Source of the DNA: Thermoplasmatota archaeon
Lineage (GTDB): Archaea > Thermoplasmatota > JAKEGO01 > JANQNJ01
Reading direction: 5' to 3'
Length of the DNA stretch: 58,905 nt
Assembly: GCA_028279645.1 (NCBI GenBank)
Contig: JANQNJ010000002.1
Span: forward strand, 1-58,905
Positions 48,411 to 57,844 of this stretch are shown here, in pieces (the first letter of the stretch is position 1; each line of letters begins with the position of its first letter). The translations under genes and the position numbers were made by a program. The notes under the pieces were generated by a model. The model was given only the letters and a program-made list of their open reading frames with translations. It was not told the DNA's origin and ran no database searches.

Positions 48411-49082
48411 CTACTCCGCCGACGACACACCCTCGTTCTCGCCAGCATTCGCCTTGCCCTCGGCCCCGGTCCACAGCACCGCCACCAGATCGTAGGCGAG
48501 GTCGAAGCATAGGAACCCCACAAGGTGTATCCACTCGGCGAAGTGAACAACGACCGCCAGAAGGGCAACGCACTTCAGCACCGGCCTGTGGTGAAAGAAC
48601 CGCGCGAGCGCCCGGCTCTCCCCTTTCTCGAACCGGTCGTGGGTCCACTCGTCGGCGAGGTTTCCGGCCGCCGCCATCGGGATGAGAAGGTAGGAGGACA
48701 TGGGGGTATCCGGCCTCAAGAACGCTACACCCAAGACGAGAAGGACCACCGATACGATCATTGCAGTGAGGAGCGCCGGATGGTCTATCTTGCCGGCCAG
48801 AAGAAGCCCCAGTGCCGTGCCCACCACCATCCCGAACACGGGGTCGTGCTCCATGGCGAGATAGAACACGATGGCGGCGATGGCCAGCGCGAGCGTGAAG
48901 CCGACCTTCCTATGGTCATCGAACACGCCGAGGTCGATGAGCTGGTCGAGACCCTTGATGAAGATGCCGAGGAGGAGGCAGAGGCCTATCAGAGCGGCGC
49001 CGGAGTGGCCGATATATAGGCCCGTTATAGCGATGCCCGCACTGACCCCGGCAAGGGCCGCGAGTTCGGTCATCCTCAGCAT
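48411..49082 (-). CDS. hypothetical integral membrane protein (about 6-7 TM)
   Basis: 223 aa, hydrophobic, ATG start. Divergent from the polyprenyl synthase gene. No family recognised. Confidence 0.6.
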   Translation of the reverse strand: MLRMTELAALAGVSAGIAITGLYIGHSGAALIGLCLLLGIFIKGLDQLIDLGVFDDHRKVGFTLALAIAAIVFYLAMEHDPVFGMVVGTALGLLLAGKIDHPALLTAMIVSVVLLVLGVAFLRPDTPMSSYLLIPMAAAGNLADEWTHDRFEKGESRALARFFHHRPVLKCVALLAVVVHFAEWIHLVGFLCFDLAYDLVAVLWTGAEGKANAGENEGVSSAE

Positions 49083-49178
49083 ACTGGAAGAACCGCCGGA
49101 CCTTATTTAAACCGTATGGGGCCACTCCCTCGCCTGATAAAATACATAAAGCATGGCATGATACCATATCAAGGTTCA

Positions 49179-50165
49179 ATGACGCTAGAAGAGGACGCCC
49201 GGCAGTTCCTTGATGACGAGATCAAGGGTTACCTGAAAGCGGTGGAGGTAGAGCTCCAGAAGCATATCAAGAGCGATACCAAGCTCGAGGAGATCGTGTC
49301 CTATCTGCTGAACGCCGACGGGAAGAGGCTTCGCCCGGCTCTCCTCATCATAGCGTACAAGGCAGTCGGTGGCGAGGAGATCGAGGAGGTTGTCCCCATC
49401 TCAGCGGCCATCGAGCTGATCCACACGGCGACCCTCATCCACGACGACATCAACGATGACAACGACTTCCGCCGGGGCCAGGAGACGACCAACAGGAAGT
49501 ACGGGACCCTCAACGCGATCGTTGGCGGCGATTTCCTCTTCGTACAGGCCTTCCGGGTGGGTGGGACCTACCCCTGGGATGTCATCCGAATGATCGCCGA
49601 TGCCTGCCGTGAGCTGGCCGAGGGCGAGGTCATCCAGAACTCCAACCGGTACAACACGGGCGAGACCTACGAGATATATCAGGAGATCATCCGAATGAAG
49701 ACGGCCTCCCTGATCACCGGCAGCCTGAAGGTGGGCTGTTACCTCGGCGGAGGCAGCGAGGAGGCCATCCAGGCCATGGCAGACTACGGCTACGGCATCG
49801 GGATGATATTCCAGATCACGGACGACATCCTCGACGTAGAGGGGGACGTCGAGAAGACCGGAAAGCCGCTTGGATCCGACATCCGCGAGGGGCAGCTCAC
49901 GATCCTCGCCATCCGCGCCCTGGAGACCCTCCCGGACGAGGAGAGGGACGAGCTGGCCGGCATCCTGTCCAGGGTCGAACACTCCGAGGAGGAGGTCGGT
50001 CGGGCACTCGACCTCATCAAGAGCACCGATGCCGTGGAGTACGCGTACGAGCAGACCCACCATTACGCGGATGTCTGCCGCCAGGCCCTCGAGCACCTCC
50101 CGGAATCAGATTACCGGGACCGGCTCGAGCTCGGCATAGGCGTCATCATGACGCGGAACTATTGA
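49179..50165 (+). CDS. idsA: trans-polyprenyl diphosphate synthase (geranylgeranyl diphosphate synthase-type)
   Basis: GKRLRPAL, first DDxxD region LIHDDINDDNDFRRG, GDFLF, KTASL, and second motif FQITDDILD. ATG 49179 preferred over track start 49116. Confidence 0.9.
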   Translation: MTLEEDARQFLDDEIKGYLKAVEVELQKHIKSDTKLEEIVSYLLNADGKRLRPALLIIAYKAVGGEEIEEVVPISAAIELIHTATLIHDDINDDNDFRRGQETTNRKYGTLNAIVGGDFLFVQAFRVGGTYPWDVIRMIADACRELAEGEVIQNSNRYNTGETYEIYQEIIRMKTASLITGSLKVGCYLGGGSEEAIQAMADYGYGIGMIFQITDDILDVEGDVEKTGKPLGSDIREGQLTILAIRALETLPDEERDELAGILSRVEHSEEEVGRALDLIKSTDAVEYAYEQTHHYADVCRQALEHLPESDYRDRLELGIGVIMTRNY

Positions 50166-50396
50166 TCGTTTCTGGCAGCGGACGAACCCCCGCAGCAGAA
50201 ATTTCTGTACTCTCATCGGAAGCGCTTGGATCCACCCATTTCCTCATCCGAGCGCTAATTCTACATTCCGATCTACCAGTTAAGTTAACGAGATATCATC
50301 ATACGACCTGGTCCTTACAGTTAAGATCATGGGGAGCTGCCCCGTCCCAGGGGAGGACATGCGACTTCTCTCGAATTGGAACCTTTGGAAAGGGGC

Positions 50397-51818
50397 TCAC
50401 TTCATGTCGTCCTTGCTGAGAGAGCCAAAGCATCCGCCGCCGGTCTCCACTTCCGGGTCATCCGGGGGAGCAGGGCCGTCGTCCTTCTTTCCGCCGCATG
50501 GGCCCTCATTGATCGCGCTCATGCAGCCCTGGGCCTTCTTCTTCTTCCCCATCCCCTTTAGCTCCTCCTCGGTCCAGGTGTAGGGCATGCCGAGCTCCTT
50601 GAAGCAGTCGGACATCTTCCAGTTCTTGACCCTGTTGGCTATCTCCAGGGACTTCTCCCTGCTGAGGGGGAGCTTGCCCTCCTCCTCGTATGCCTTCCCG
50701 ATGAGGGTGACCGCGGCGCGGACGAAGCAGTCATATCTCGGGTTGCGGAAGGTGTCGGCCATCCGATTGTACGATTTCTCGATCCCGCAGGAGTAGATGT
50801 TGCCGAAGTTGAGCGGGATCATATCGCATGGCGTGACGGTCCCGTCGGCCTCGATGAACATGTGGAAGGTGCCGGCGGTGCAGCCCAGGAAGCTCTCCGC
50901 CTCTATGTAGCCGAAGACGGTGACCCTTGGATATTCACGGTCGGCGTTGCACCTCTTGTGGATCTCGAACATCTCCATGGCCTGGTCCTTCTGCCACCTC
51001 AGCTCCCGCTGTCCGACGATCTTGCCGGTCGGGATCGGCGCGAGGAAGCGGATCTCATGGACGCCAAGGTCCTTGGCGAACTCGACGAACTCCCAGATCT
51101 CTCCGGACTCGATCATCTCGATGGACGGGACGGTCGAGGCGACGGTGTAGAAACCGGTCTCCTTGAAGAGCTTGAGGGCGTCCACCCCGATCTGGAAGGC
51201 GCCTTCAAAGCCCCTCACCTTGTCGTGCTTCTCGGGGATGAAATGGTCCAGTGACACGACCGCATAGAAAAGACCGGCGTCCTTCAGCTTCTGAGCCCTC
51301 TCCGGGGTCAGTCCGTAGCCGGTGGTGAACAGCATCTTCACGGACCGTTCATCGATCGCCGAGAGTATCTCCTCCAGGTCGTCCCTGAGGAGGGGCTCTC
51401 CCCCGGTGATGCCGATGAGGCTGTTTCCCATGTCCTGAAGCTTGCCCAGGGTCTCCTTGAGGACGTCCAGGTCCAGGTCGCCCTTGTCCTCCCGGTTCGC
51501 GTTCGAGCAGTGCCAGCAGTCCATCGGGCAGGCGTTGGTGACCGCGATATGGACGGACGACGGCGCCGTCTTCCCCTCGCGTACCGCGTTACCCACCTTC
51601 AGGAACTGTTTGAAAGCCGGCGATGGATAGGGTGGCAGCTGGCTGTTGATGATGTACCTGTTCCCCAGCTTGACGAACTTCTCGTACTTCAGCTGTTCTC
51701 GAAGGTAGAACAGGAAGCTCTTCGGAAGGCTCCTGACCTCCTTTTCCTTGAGCATCTTGACAAGAAGGAGGTCCTTCTTCACGCCCAGTATGTTCTTGGC
51801 CTCCGGTACTTCAGTCAT
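50397..51818 (-). CDS. radical-SAM enzyme with SPASM-like auxiliary-cluster domain and Cys-containing C-terminal tail
   Basis: HIAVTNACPMDCWHCS (CxxxCxxC), GITGGEPLL, and a SPASM-like region CTAGTFHMFIEADGTVTPCDMIP. About 95-aa N-terminal extension. Tail ...GCMSAINEGPCGG...GGGCFGS. ATG 51818 (track TTG 51869). Confidence 0.85.
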   Translation of the reverse strand: MTEVPEAKNILGVKKDLLLVKMLKEKEVRSLPKSFLFYLREQLKYEKFVKLGNRYIINSQLPPYPSPAFKQFLKVGNAVREGKTAPSSVHIAVTNACPMDCWHCSNANREDKGDLDLDVLKETLGKLQDMGNSLIGITGGEPLLRDDLEEILSAIDERSVKMLFTTGYGLTPERAQKLKDAGLFYAVVSLDHFIPEKHDKVRGFEGAFQIGVDALKLFKETGFYTVASTVPSIEMIESGEIWEFVEFAKDLGVHEIRFLAPIPTGKIVGQRELRWQKDQAMEMFEIHKRCNADREYPRVTVFGYIEAESFLGCTAGTFHMFIEADGTVTPCDMIPLNFGNIYSCGIEKSYNRMADTFRNPRYDCFVRAAVTLIGKAYEEEGKLPLSREKSLEIANRVKNWKMSDCFKELGMPYTWTEEELKGMGKKKKAQGCMSAINEGPCGGKKDDGPAPPDDPEVETGGGCFGSLSKDDMK

Positions 51819-52054
51819 TGGTGTCACCAGTGGTCGAGCGGAGCCGTAATAGTTAAGGTTTATGGTCAAGGACTTGACTATCGGTGGTTCAATGGTCCTG
51901 TGCCAGCAACTGTTCTCGAGAACCTCGAGCCGTTCTCCACCTTCGCCGTGGTCGTTGTTCCACCGAAGGTTCGAGGATCGACCGAACCGGTCCGGCGCAA
52001 ACTACATCTACCGTACCCTCCATCGCGTGGATACACGATCAACGGAGTGATATC

Positions 52055-52402
52055 ATGACATCAATAGGCATCGGGCTTGGTTCCCCGGCATACTCCTCAG
52101 AAAGGGCCTTCACTGCCCTGAACTTCATGCGCACGGCCCTTCTCGAGGGCCACAGTATCAGGGTATTCCTCTTCGAGGACGCGGTATTCCTTGCCAAGAG
52201 GGGTCAGGACCCCGGCAACTTCTCCAACCCCCTGGAATGGCTCGGGGAGGTCGTGGAAGGCGCCGAGGCCGTCAAGGCCTGCGGCACATGTTGCCAGGAA
52301 AGGGGGCTCGTTCAGGACGAGCTCATCCACGGCGTCGTCATCGGCAGCATGAACGACTTCGTCGGCTTCATCGCGGATAGCGACAGATCGGTGATCTTCT
52401 AA
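52055..52402 (+). CDS. DsrE/DsrF-family sulfur-relay protein
   Basis: 115 aa. ...AFTALNFMRTALLEGHSIRVFLFEDAVFLAKRG...VKACGTCCQERGL... is a DsrE-fold pattern with an active-site Cys region. Confidence 0.7.
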   Translation: MTSIGIGLGSPAYSSERAFTALNFMRTALLEGHSIRVFLFEDAVFLAKRGQDPGNFSNPLEWLGEVVEGAEAVKACGTCCQERGLVQDELIHGVVIGSMNDFVGFIADSDRSVIF

Positions 52403-52504
52403 TAATTCCACACACAGAAGGGGAACGGTCCGACCAGGAAGGCAAGGAACGGCCTTTCCCAATAGCTAGAGGAACGGTCTGTCCCGATGGTCGGACGACC
52501 TGGA

Positions 52505-52924
52505 TCATTCCCTGTTGGTGCAGATGCCGCACTCCGACATCTCTCCCGCCCCGACCATCTCCTTGAACAGGGGGTTCCTCTGGAGCTGCATACAGAACCT
52601 ACCGAGCATATAGGAGAGCTCGAACTGCTCCCCCGCGGCATGTTTCTCGGCCAGGGTGGCGGCGGCCATGGCAGCGAACGCCTCCACCTCCGGGAACTCC
52701 TTGATGACCTCCTCGTCGCCTCCGCGGACCCCGGATGTGTACTGGCTCACAGCGGCGTTGGAGGTCCCTATCATCACCGCGATATCCGAGGGTCGGACCC
52801 CATGGTCATGGCGCAATCCGTATGCCACACGCGCCCTAAGCGTCGGAAAGAAGCGGATGACTATCAGCTCGCATGGTGTTCTCATGCTCTTGTCCCCGTC
52901 CTGCCACCCTTCATGATATTTCAT
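52505..52924 (-). CDS. HTH transcriptional regulator (COG2522-like archaeal regulator)
   Basis: ...PCELIVIRFFPTLRARVAYGLRHDHGVRPSDIAVMIGTSNAAVSQYTSGVRGG... is an XRE-type HTH plus C-terminal Cys pair (CGIC). Divergent from the YeeE gene. Confidence 0.65.
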   Translation of the reverse strand: MKYHEGWQDGDKSMRTPCELIVIRFFPTLRARVAYGLRHDHGVRPSDIAVMIGTSNAAVSQYTSGVRGGDEEVIKEFPEVEAFAAMAAATLAEKHAAGEQFELSYMLGRFCMQLQRNPLFKEMVGAGEMSECGICTNRE

Positions 52925-53039
52925 CTAAAAAGGCCTTTCGGACGGAGCTGTCGTGGGGATATCGGCCACCGACGCAGATAGAATTAACGGTGTGAAATTC
53001 TTAAATAGATGGAACCGTGATGCCGTGACAGGTGCAAAA

Positions 53040-54338
53040 ATGCCCGAAAAAGAGCACGATACAAAGGAGTTCCCTGACGAAGACCCGGCTGCAGAGGCCA
53101 AGGACACCGGGACCGATAGGCGGTCCGATAAGGGAACGAGGGAAGATCGGGGAGAGCCTCCCGCCAAGCAAAAGGCCCCTCGTGCCACAAAGAAGGCCGG
53201 GCCCTCTGCGAGACCAACGCCCCCTTCGGGACCACTGGACGGCATCCGCACCATGAGCAACAGGCTGTTCAGCTCTAAGATAGGGATCATCATCGCCGGT
53301 GCATTCATAGGTATCGTCGCGGCCCTGCTCCAGAGCAAGGGGAACCCCGGGAACATGGGTTTCTGTATCGCCTGTTTCCAGAGGGACATCGTCGGAGCCC
53401 TGCGCCTCCACAGCGCCGGCCCCGTCCAATACATCCGACCGGAGATCATCGGGATAGTCCTCGGGGCGCTGATAGCGTCCCTGTTCTTCAAGGAGTACAG
53501 GGCGCGCAGCGGCAGTGCCCCCATCATCCGCTTCGTACTGGGCTTCTTCGCCATGATGGGCGCCCTGGTCTTCCTGGGCTGCCCGTGGAGGGCTTACCTA
53601 AGGCTTGCTGGAGGCGACTGGAATGCCATCGTCGGCCTGGTCGGCCTGGGCTTCGGTGTGTTCGTCGGGACCCTCTTCATCAGGAACGGCTTCAACCTGG
53701 GCCGGAGCAGGAAGACCTATAGACACGTGGGTCTAGTCATCCCGATCCTCATGATCGGGCTCCTGCTCGCTCTTCTCGTCGACCCGGCATGGACCGGCGG
53801 GGGGAAGATCTTCGCATCCACACCAGGAGGAGGCGGGCCGGGCGCCATGGCAGCCCCCATCGCCATGTCCCTCGCCATCGCCCTAGCGGTGGGCTTCCTT
53901 GCCCAGAGGACGCGGTTCTGCACGATCGGCGGCATGAGGGATGCGATCCTCATCAGGGACTTCCACCTCCTGTTCGGCGCCCTTGCGCTCCTCATCGCGG
54001 CCTTTGTCACGAACATGGTCCTTGGCCAGTACGAGGCCGGTTGGGAGGACCAACCGCTCGCCCATACCGACGGACTGTGGAACTTCCTAGGAATGACCCT
54101 TTCCGGCCTTGCATTCGCCCTGGCAGGCGGGTGCCCCGGCAGGCAGCTCGTTCTGTCCGGCGAGGGCGATGCGGATGCCGGAATCTTCATTTTCGGGATG
54201 ATGGCCGCCGCCGCCTTCGCACACAACTTCAGGATAGCCGCCACCGGCGCGGGTGTGAGCGAATGGAGCGGCAACGCGGTCCTTCTCGGGCTGCTCGTTT
54301 GCGGCATCATAGGGTTCACCATGAGGGATAGGGCCTGA
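53040..54338 (+). CDS. YeeE/YedE-family sulfur-compound (thiosulfate) transporter
   Basis: Conserved core from MSNRLFSS (ATG 53253) with GNMGFCIACFQRDIVG and FLGCPWR motifs repeated in the second half (RTRFCTIGG..., LAGGCPGRQ). ATG 53040 would add a 71-aa charged, disordered N-terminus, so the start is uncertain. Confidence 0.8.
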   Translation: MPEKEHDTKEFPDEDPAAEAKDTGTDRRSDKGTREDRGEPPAKQKAPRATKKAGPSARPTPPSGPLDGIRTMSNRLFSSKIGIIIAGAFIGIVAALLQSKGNPGNMGFCIACFQRDIVGALRLHSAGPVQYIRPEIIGIVLGALIASLFFKEYRARSGSAPIIRFVLGFFAMMGALVFLGCPWRAYLRLAGGDWNAIVGLVGLGFGVFVGTLFIRNGFNLGRSRKTYRHVGLVIPILMIGLLLALLVDPAWTGGGKIFASTPGGGGPGAMAAPIAMSLAIALAVGFLAQRTRFCTIGGMRDAILIRDFHLLFGALALLIAAFVTNMVLGQYEAGWEDQPLAHTDGLWNFLGMTLSGLAFALAGGCPGRQLVLSGEGDADAGIFIFGMMAAAAFAHNFRIAATGAGVSEWSGNAVLLGLLVCGIIGFTMRDRA

Positions 54339-54406
54339 AGATCAACAGGGGCTCCTCCACCGCTCGAACAGGGCCATCGTCCTGGTGGAGCCCTCGACAT
54401 TCATGA

Positions 54407-54631
54407 ATGGAGATGCTTGAAATGGAACGTTTGGATGTAAGGGGCCTCTCCTGCCCCATGCCCGCCATGCAGGTGCGGAAGATGATAAAGAAGGTCGGAA
54501 CCGGAAGTATCGAGGTACTTGTCGACGTGGGGGCGGGCAGGGACAATATCGTCCGCATCGCGGGCGAACAGGGCTGGAAGGTAGACGAGGAGCCAGGAGA
54601 CGAGTACTCGACCCTGACCCTTAAGAAGTAG
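54407..54631 (+). CDS. tusA: TusA/SirA-family sulfurtransferase
   Basis: LDVRGLSCPMPAMQVRKMIKKV... is the canonical CPxP active-site motif. 74 aa. Confidence 0.85.
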   Translation: MEMLEMERLDVRGLSCPMPAMQVRKMIKKVGTGSIEVLVDVGAGRDNIVRIAGEQGWKVDEEPGDEYSTLTLKK

Positions 54632-54663
54632 CTATGACATCGAGGCTTCGAGGCACCGAACAC

Positions 54664-55836
54664 ATGATCTACTTCGACAACGCAGCCACTTCTTGGCCCA
54701 AGCCGGAAGGCGTCATCGAGGCAATGGCGGCCTTCAGCAGGGAGGTGGGCGCCAACCCCGGGCGTGCCGGCCACCGCATGTCTGTCGAAGCGGGACGCAT
54801 CGTGAACGACGCCCGTGACGCCGTGGCCGAACTCCTCCACGTCAATGATCCACTACGTGTCGTTCTCGGCTCTAACGCCACGGAAGCCCTCAACCTCGCC
54901 ATCTTCGGTCTGCTCGGGTCGGGCGACCATGTCGTTACCTCAGGCATGGAGCACAACTCCGTCATGAGGCCGCTTCGGCAGCTCGAGGCGATCGGTGTCG
55001 AGCTGACCGTCGTCGAATGCGCAGCGGACGGCTCGATGGACCCGTACGACGTCGACGCGGCCATCCGTCAGGAGACACGGCTTGTGGTGCTCAATCATGC
55101 ATCCAACGTCGTCGGCACCCTTCTCCCGGTCAGCGACGTGGGCGCGATATGCAGGGAGAACGACGCCCTGCTGCTGGTCGACGCGGCTCAGACCGCCGGC
55201 ACCCACCCCGTCCACATGGACGATGACAACATCGACCTCATCGCGTTCACGGGTCACAAGGGGATGATGGGCCCCCAGGGCACCGGCGGACTGGTCATCG
55301 GCGAGCGTGTGAACATAGCCGACCTACGACCGCTCAAGCACGGAGGCACCGGCAGCCGCTCGGAGCTCGAGGTGCAGCCCGATTTCCTCCCGGACAGGTA
55401 CGAGAGCGGGACAATGAACACCATCGGCCTGGCAGGCCTGATCGCGGGCATAGAGTACGTACTGCAGAAGGGTGTCGAAGCGATCAGGGAGCACGAGTCA
55501 TCACTGCTGGCCCGTTTCATCGACGGGGCGAGGACGATCCCAGGAGCGACCCTGTACGGTCCGATGGATACGGCCCGACAGACGGCCACCACTTCCTTGA
55601 ATATCGACGGCCTCTCGCAATCGGAGGCCGGCCTGATGCTCGACGAGGAGCACAACATAATGTCCCGGGTGGGGCTCCATTGCTCGCCGTCCGCTCACCG
55701 AACCCTTGGGACCTTCCCGGACGGCACCGTCCGATTCGGCTTCGGCCTCTTCAATACCGCCGAGGAGATCGACATTTCCCTCGAAGCCCTGGAGAATATG
55801 GCGGAGGGTGCCAGAACCTCCGGGGGTGGCCGGTGA
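54664..55836 (+). CDS. cysteine desulfurase (class-V PLP aminotransferase fold)
   Basis: MIYFDNAATSWPKP..., GSNATEALN, MEHNSV, LLVDAAQTAG, FTGHKGMMGPQGTG (PLP-Lys), and RVGLHCSPSAH (active Cys). ATG 54634 is an alternative start. Confidence 0.9.
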   Translation: MIYFDNAATSWPKPEGVIEAMAAFSREVGANPGRAGHRMSVEAGRIVNDARDAVAELLHVNDPLRVVLGSNATEALNLAIFGLLGSGDHVVTSGMEHNSVMRPLRQLEAIGVELTVVECAADGSMDPYDVDAAIRQETRLVVLNHASNVVGTLLPVSDVGAICRENDALLLVDAAQTAGTHPVHMDDDNIDLIAFTGHKGMMGPQGTGGLVIGERVNIADLRPLKHGGTGSRSELEVQPDFLPDRYESGTMNTIGLAGLIAGIEYVLQKGVEAIREHESSLLARFIDGARTIPGATLYGPMDTARQTATTSLNIDGLSQSEAGLMLDEEHNIMSRVGLHCSPSAHRTLGTFPDGTVRFGFGLFNTAEEIDISLEALENMAEGARTSGGGR

Positions 55837-56061
55837 ATGACGGAGTTCTGCGTCGCCCTGTTCTACTCCAACAGCCACGCCCTCAGGGCCGAGAAGCTGG
55901 CCAAGAAGGCCGGCTTCAAGGTCAAGGTCATCCCTACGCCCAGACACCTGAGCTCCGACTGTGGCTTCGCTCTCAGGTGCGACGAGGACGACGTCCCGGC
56001 GATCCAGGGGATCATGGACGGAGACAGCGTGGAGTACGACCGGATAGAGAAGGTAGGCTAA
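55837..56061 (+). CDS. DUF3343-family small protein (putative S/Se carrier-associated)
   Basis: CVALFYSNSHALRAEKLAKKAGFKVKVIPTPRHLSSDCGFALRC. The start abuts the desulfurase stop. Confidence 0.65.
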   Translation: MTEFCVALFYSNSHALRAEKLAKKAGFKVKVIPTPRHLSSDCGFALRCDEDDVPAIQGIMDGDSVEYDRIEKVG

Positions 56062-56182
56062 CCGGTGCTCCCTTCTTTCATTGAGGCCGGCGGTCCTGCC
56101 TCCCACGGTAGTGTCTTCGGCCCCATGGCAGAACCACTTGAACCCGCACTTGGACGCATTCGTGCACCCGCCGCAGATACTT

Positions 56183-56219
56183 CCGCCCCGTGGCGGCTTT
56201 GCTGAACCCCCTTTTTTTT
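56183..56219 (+). terminator. short hairpin plus T8 run downstream of the sulfur operon
   Basis: ccgcc-ccgt-ggcgg, then ...ccccc-TTTTTTTT (56212-56219). Confidence 0.4.
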
Positions 56220-56297
56220 AAAGATCGTGATCGTGAAAGACGGAACAGAAAACAATAAGCTCCATGATGTACATCCACCTCATCGAGCTGAAGGACC

Positions 56298-56573
56298 ATG
56301 GCGGATGTAGAGAAAGGGTCGAAGGAGGCGATAGGGGCCTCGATGGACATCAGGGGGCGCGTATGTTCAAAGCCGTTCATGGACATCAGGAGGACCATAT
56401 CGCGTCTCGGCCCGGGCGACCTCGTCGAACTTCTCATGGACCAGAAACAGGTAGCCACAGTGAAGCGGATTTTCGTACGGGTCCATGGCCACGAGATGGT
56501 CGTCGAATCCCACGCCGAAGGTGGTGGGGCGAGGCTCGTCCTCCGGGTCGACCCCGCGGGGAAAGGGAAGTGA
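56298..56573 (+). CDS. TusA-like protein with degenerate active-site motif
   Basis: MDIRGRVCSKPFMDIRRTISRLGPGDLVELLMD... has the TusA fold pattern, but with CSKP in place of CPxP. Confidence 0.6.
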   Translation: MADVEKGSKEAIGASMDIRGRVCSKPFMDIRRTISRLGPGDLVELLMDQKQVATVKRIFVRVHGHEMVVESHAEGGGARLVLRVDPAGKGK

Positions 56574-56645
56574 GGTATTCTGACACCTTTCTATCTGTCA
56601 CACATCCGATCTATGTCCGATCTCCACGACGATAGAGAGGGGATC

Positions 56646-57044
56646 TTAAAAGCTCAACTGGACGTCGCTCTCCTCCAGGATACCGGCGAACTCCGGCATT
56701 CCCGTCTGCTTGACGCCCTCAAGGAGGGCGCTTTCCCTCAGGAGGCCGAGCTTGACGCACAGGTCGCACACGTGGAAGTTCACTCCGAGCTCGCGCGCCG
56801 TCTCGAGCTGCTCGGGGTATGTGAAGGCCCCTGCGGTCTTTAACTTCCGTTCATAGAACCATGTTACAGGGAAAAGCAGTCCAGGAAACCATGGCCGGTA
56901 CCCCTTCTTCATTATCCTTGCGCCTCTGAAGATCCCGTAAAGATGGACTTCGTGACCTGATAGGGCTAGGTTGTTAGCCGACATCAGGGCAGTCATGGCC
57001 TGCTCGTAATGACACGATGTAAGTATGATCGCCGCCTTCCCCAT
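56646..57044 (-). CDS. DsrE/DsrF-like family protein
   Basis: AAIILTSCHYEQAMTALMSANNLALSGHEVHLYGIFRGARIM...FHVCDLCVKLGL. 132 aa. Confidence 0.6.
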   Translation of the reverse strand: MGKAAIILTSCHYEQAMTALMSANNLALSGHEVHLYGIFRGARIMKKGYRPWFPGLLFPVTWFYERKLKTAGAFTYPEQLETARELGVNFHVCDLCVKLGLLRESALLEGVKQTGMPEFAGILEESDVQLSF

Positions 57045-57202
57045 TGGCCGGATATTGGATTCCGGGTGATATAGCTTTTGCGAGGGCTCCCGGGTGTGGA
57101 AAGGCCGAGGCAGTGATCAATGATGGTGTGATGACGGGCCCCTGCTCCCGATCCAATGGTTGCGGCGGGGGTAGTCCGTATTCTGGCCAACGTGGAACCG
57201 TA

Positions 57203-57766
57203 TCAGATGAAGACAGCTGCTGCGACCACCGTGGTCCAGTTCCCATCTCCCTCGCATCGGGCTTGGCGGACCGCGTGCCTGGTGTCGATAGGATATCCGG
57301 CGTCCCCCATCACGACGGCCTTGAGGGCCGCTTCCGCGTCCAGGTCCAGCTCGACGCCGAGCGAGGCCGCCAGCATCTCGACGGCCAGGTCCTCTGCCAT
57401 CGCTACCGATCGCTCGAGCGGTTCATCGCCGGCCATGAACTCGCTAATGTACCCGCGGATGGAACGGTCCTCCGGGAAGGCGCATCCCACCGTGGCGGTG
57501 ATCCGTTCTCCGCCGGCCTTACCGTCCTTCCTGGACATGACAGCGTGGACGATCTGCCCCTCGGCGAGCTCCCTTGCCCCCTCATTGCGGTCGACGATCT
57601 CGCATCCTGGCGGAAGGATGGAGGACACACCTACCAGATTGAAACCGTTTATCCCGGCGTCCGCCAGTGCAAGTTCGAAGCTGGTGAGCCTGTATCTGTG
57701 TGTTCCGGCTCCGCTGGTGAAGAAGACCTTTTTCGGCACGTGGGGGCCGTTCTCGCCGCTAGTCAT
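57203..57766 (-). CDS. pdaD: pyruvoyl-dependent arginine decarboxylase
   Basis: VPKKVFFTSGAGTH...TSFELALADAGINGFNLVGVSSILPPGC is the self-cleavage Ser-Ser site context. ATG 57766; upstream track codons run into the intergenic repeat. Confidence 0.9.
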   Translation of the reverse strand: MTSGENGPHVPKKVFFTSGAGTHRYRLTSFELALADAGINGFNLVGVSSILPPGCEIVDRNEGARELAEGQIVHAVMSRKDGKAGGERITATVGCAFPEDRSIRGYISEFMAGDEPLERSVAMAEDLAVEMLAASLGVELDLDAEAALKAVVMGDAGYPIDTRHAVRQARCEGDGNWTTVVAAAVFI

Positions 57767-57844
57767 GGAGCCGAACAATGCCCCCTCAAATAATAAAGAT
57801 ATGGGTGAACGCGGGGCCTTCCGGATCGTTGCTGGCCGCTGGAC

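Noticed and set aside
56100-56215. Cys-rich reading frame on the minus strand (…ICGGCTNASKCGFKWFCHG…) suggestive of a zinc-ribbon miniprotein
   Set aside because: An in-frame TAA lies just upstream, and there is no ATG, GTG or TTG before the motif. Downstream the frame runs antisense through the DUF3343 gene. It is judged fortuitous.
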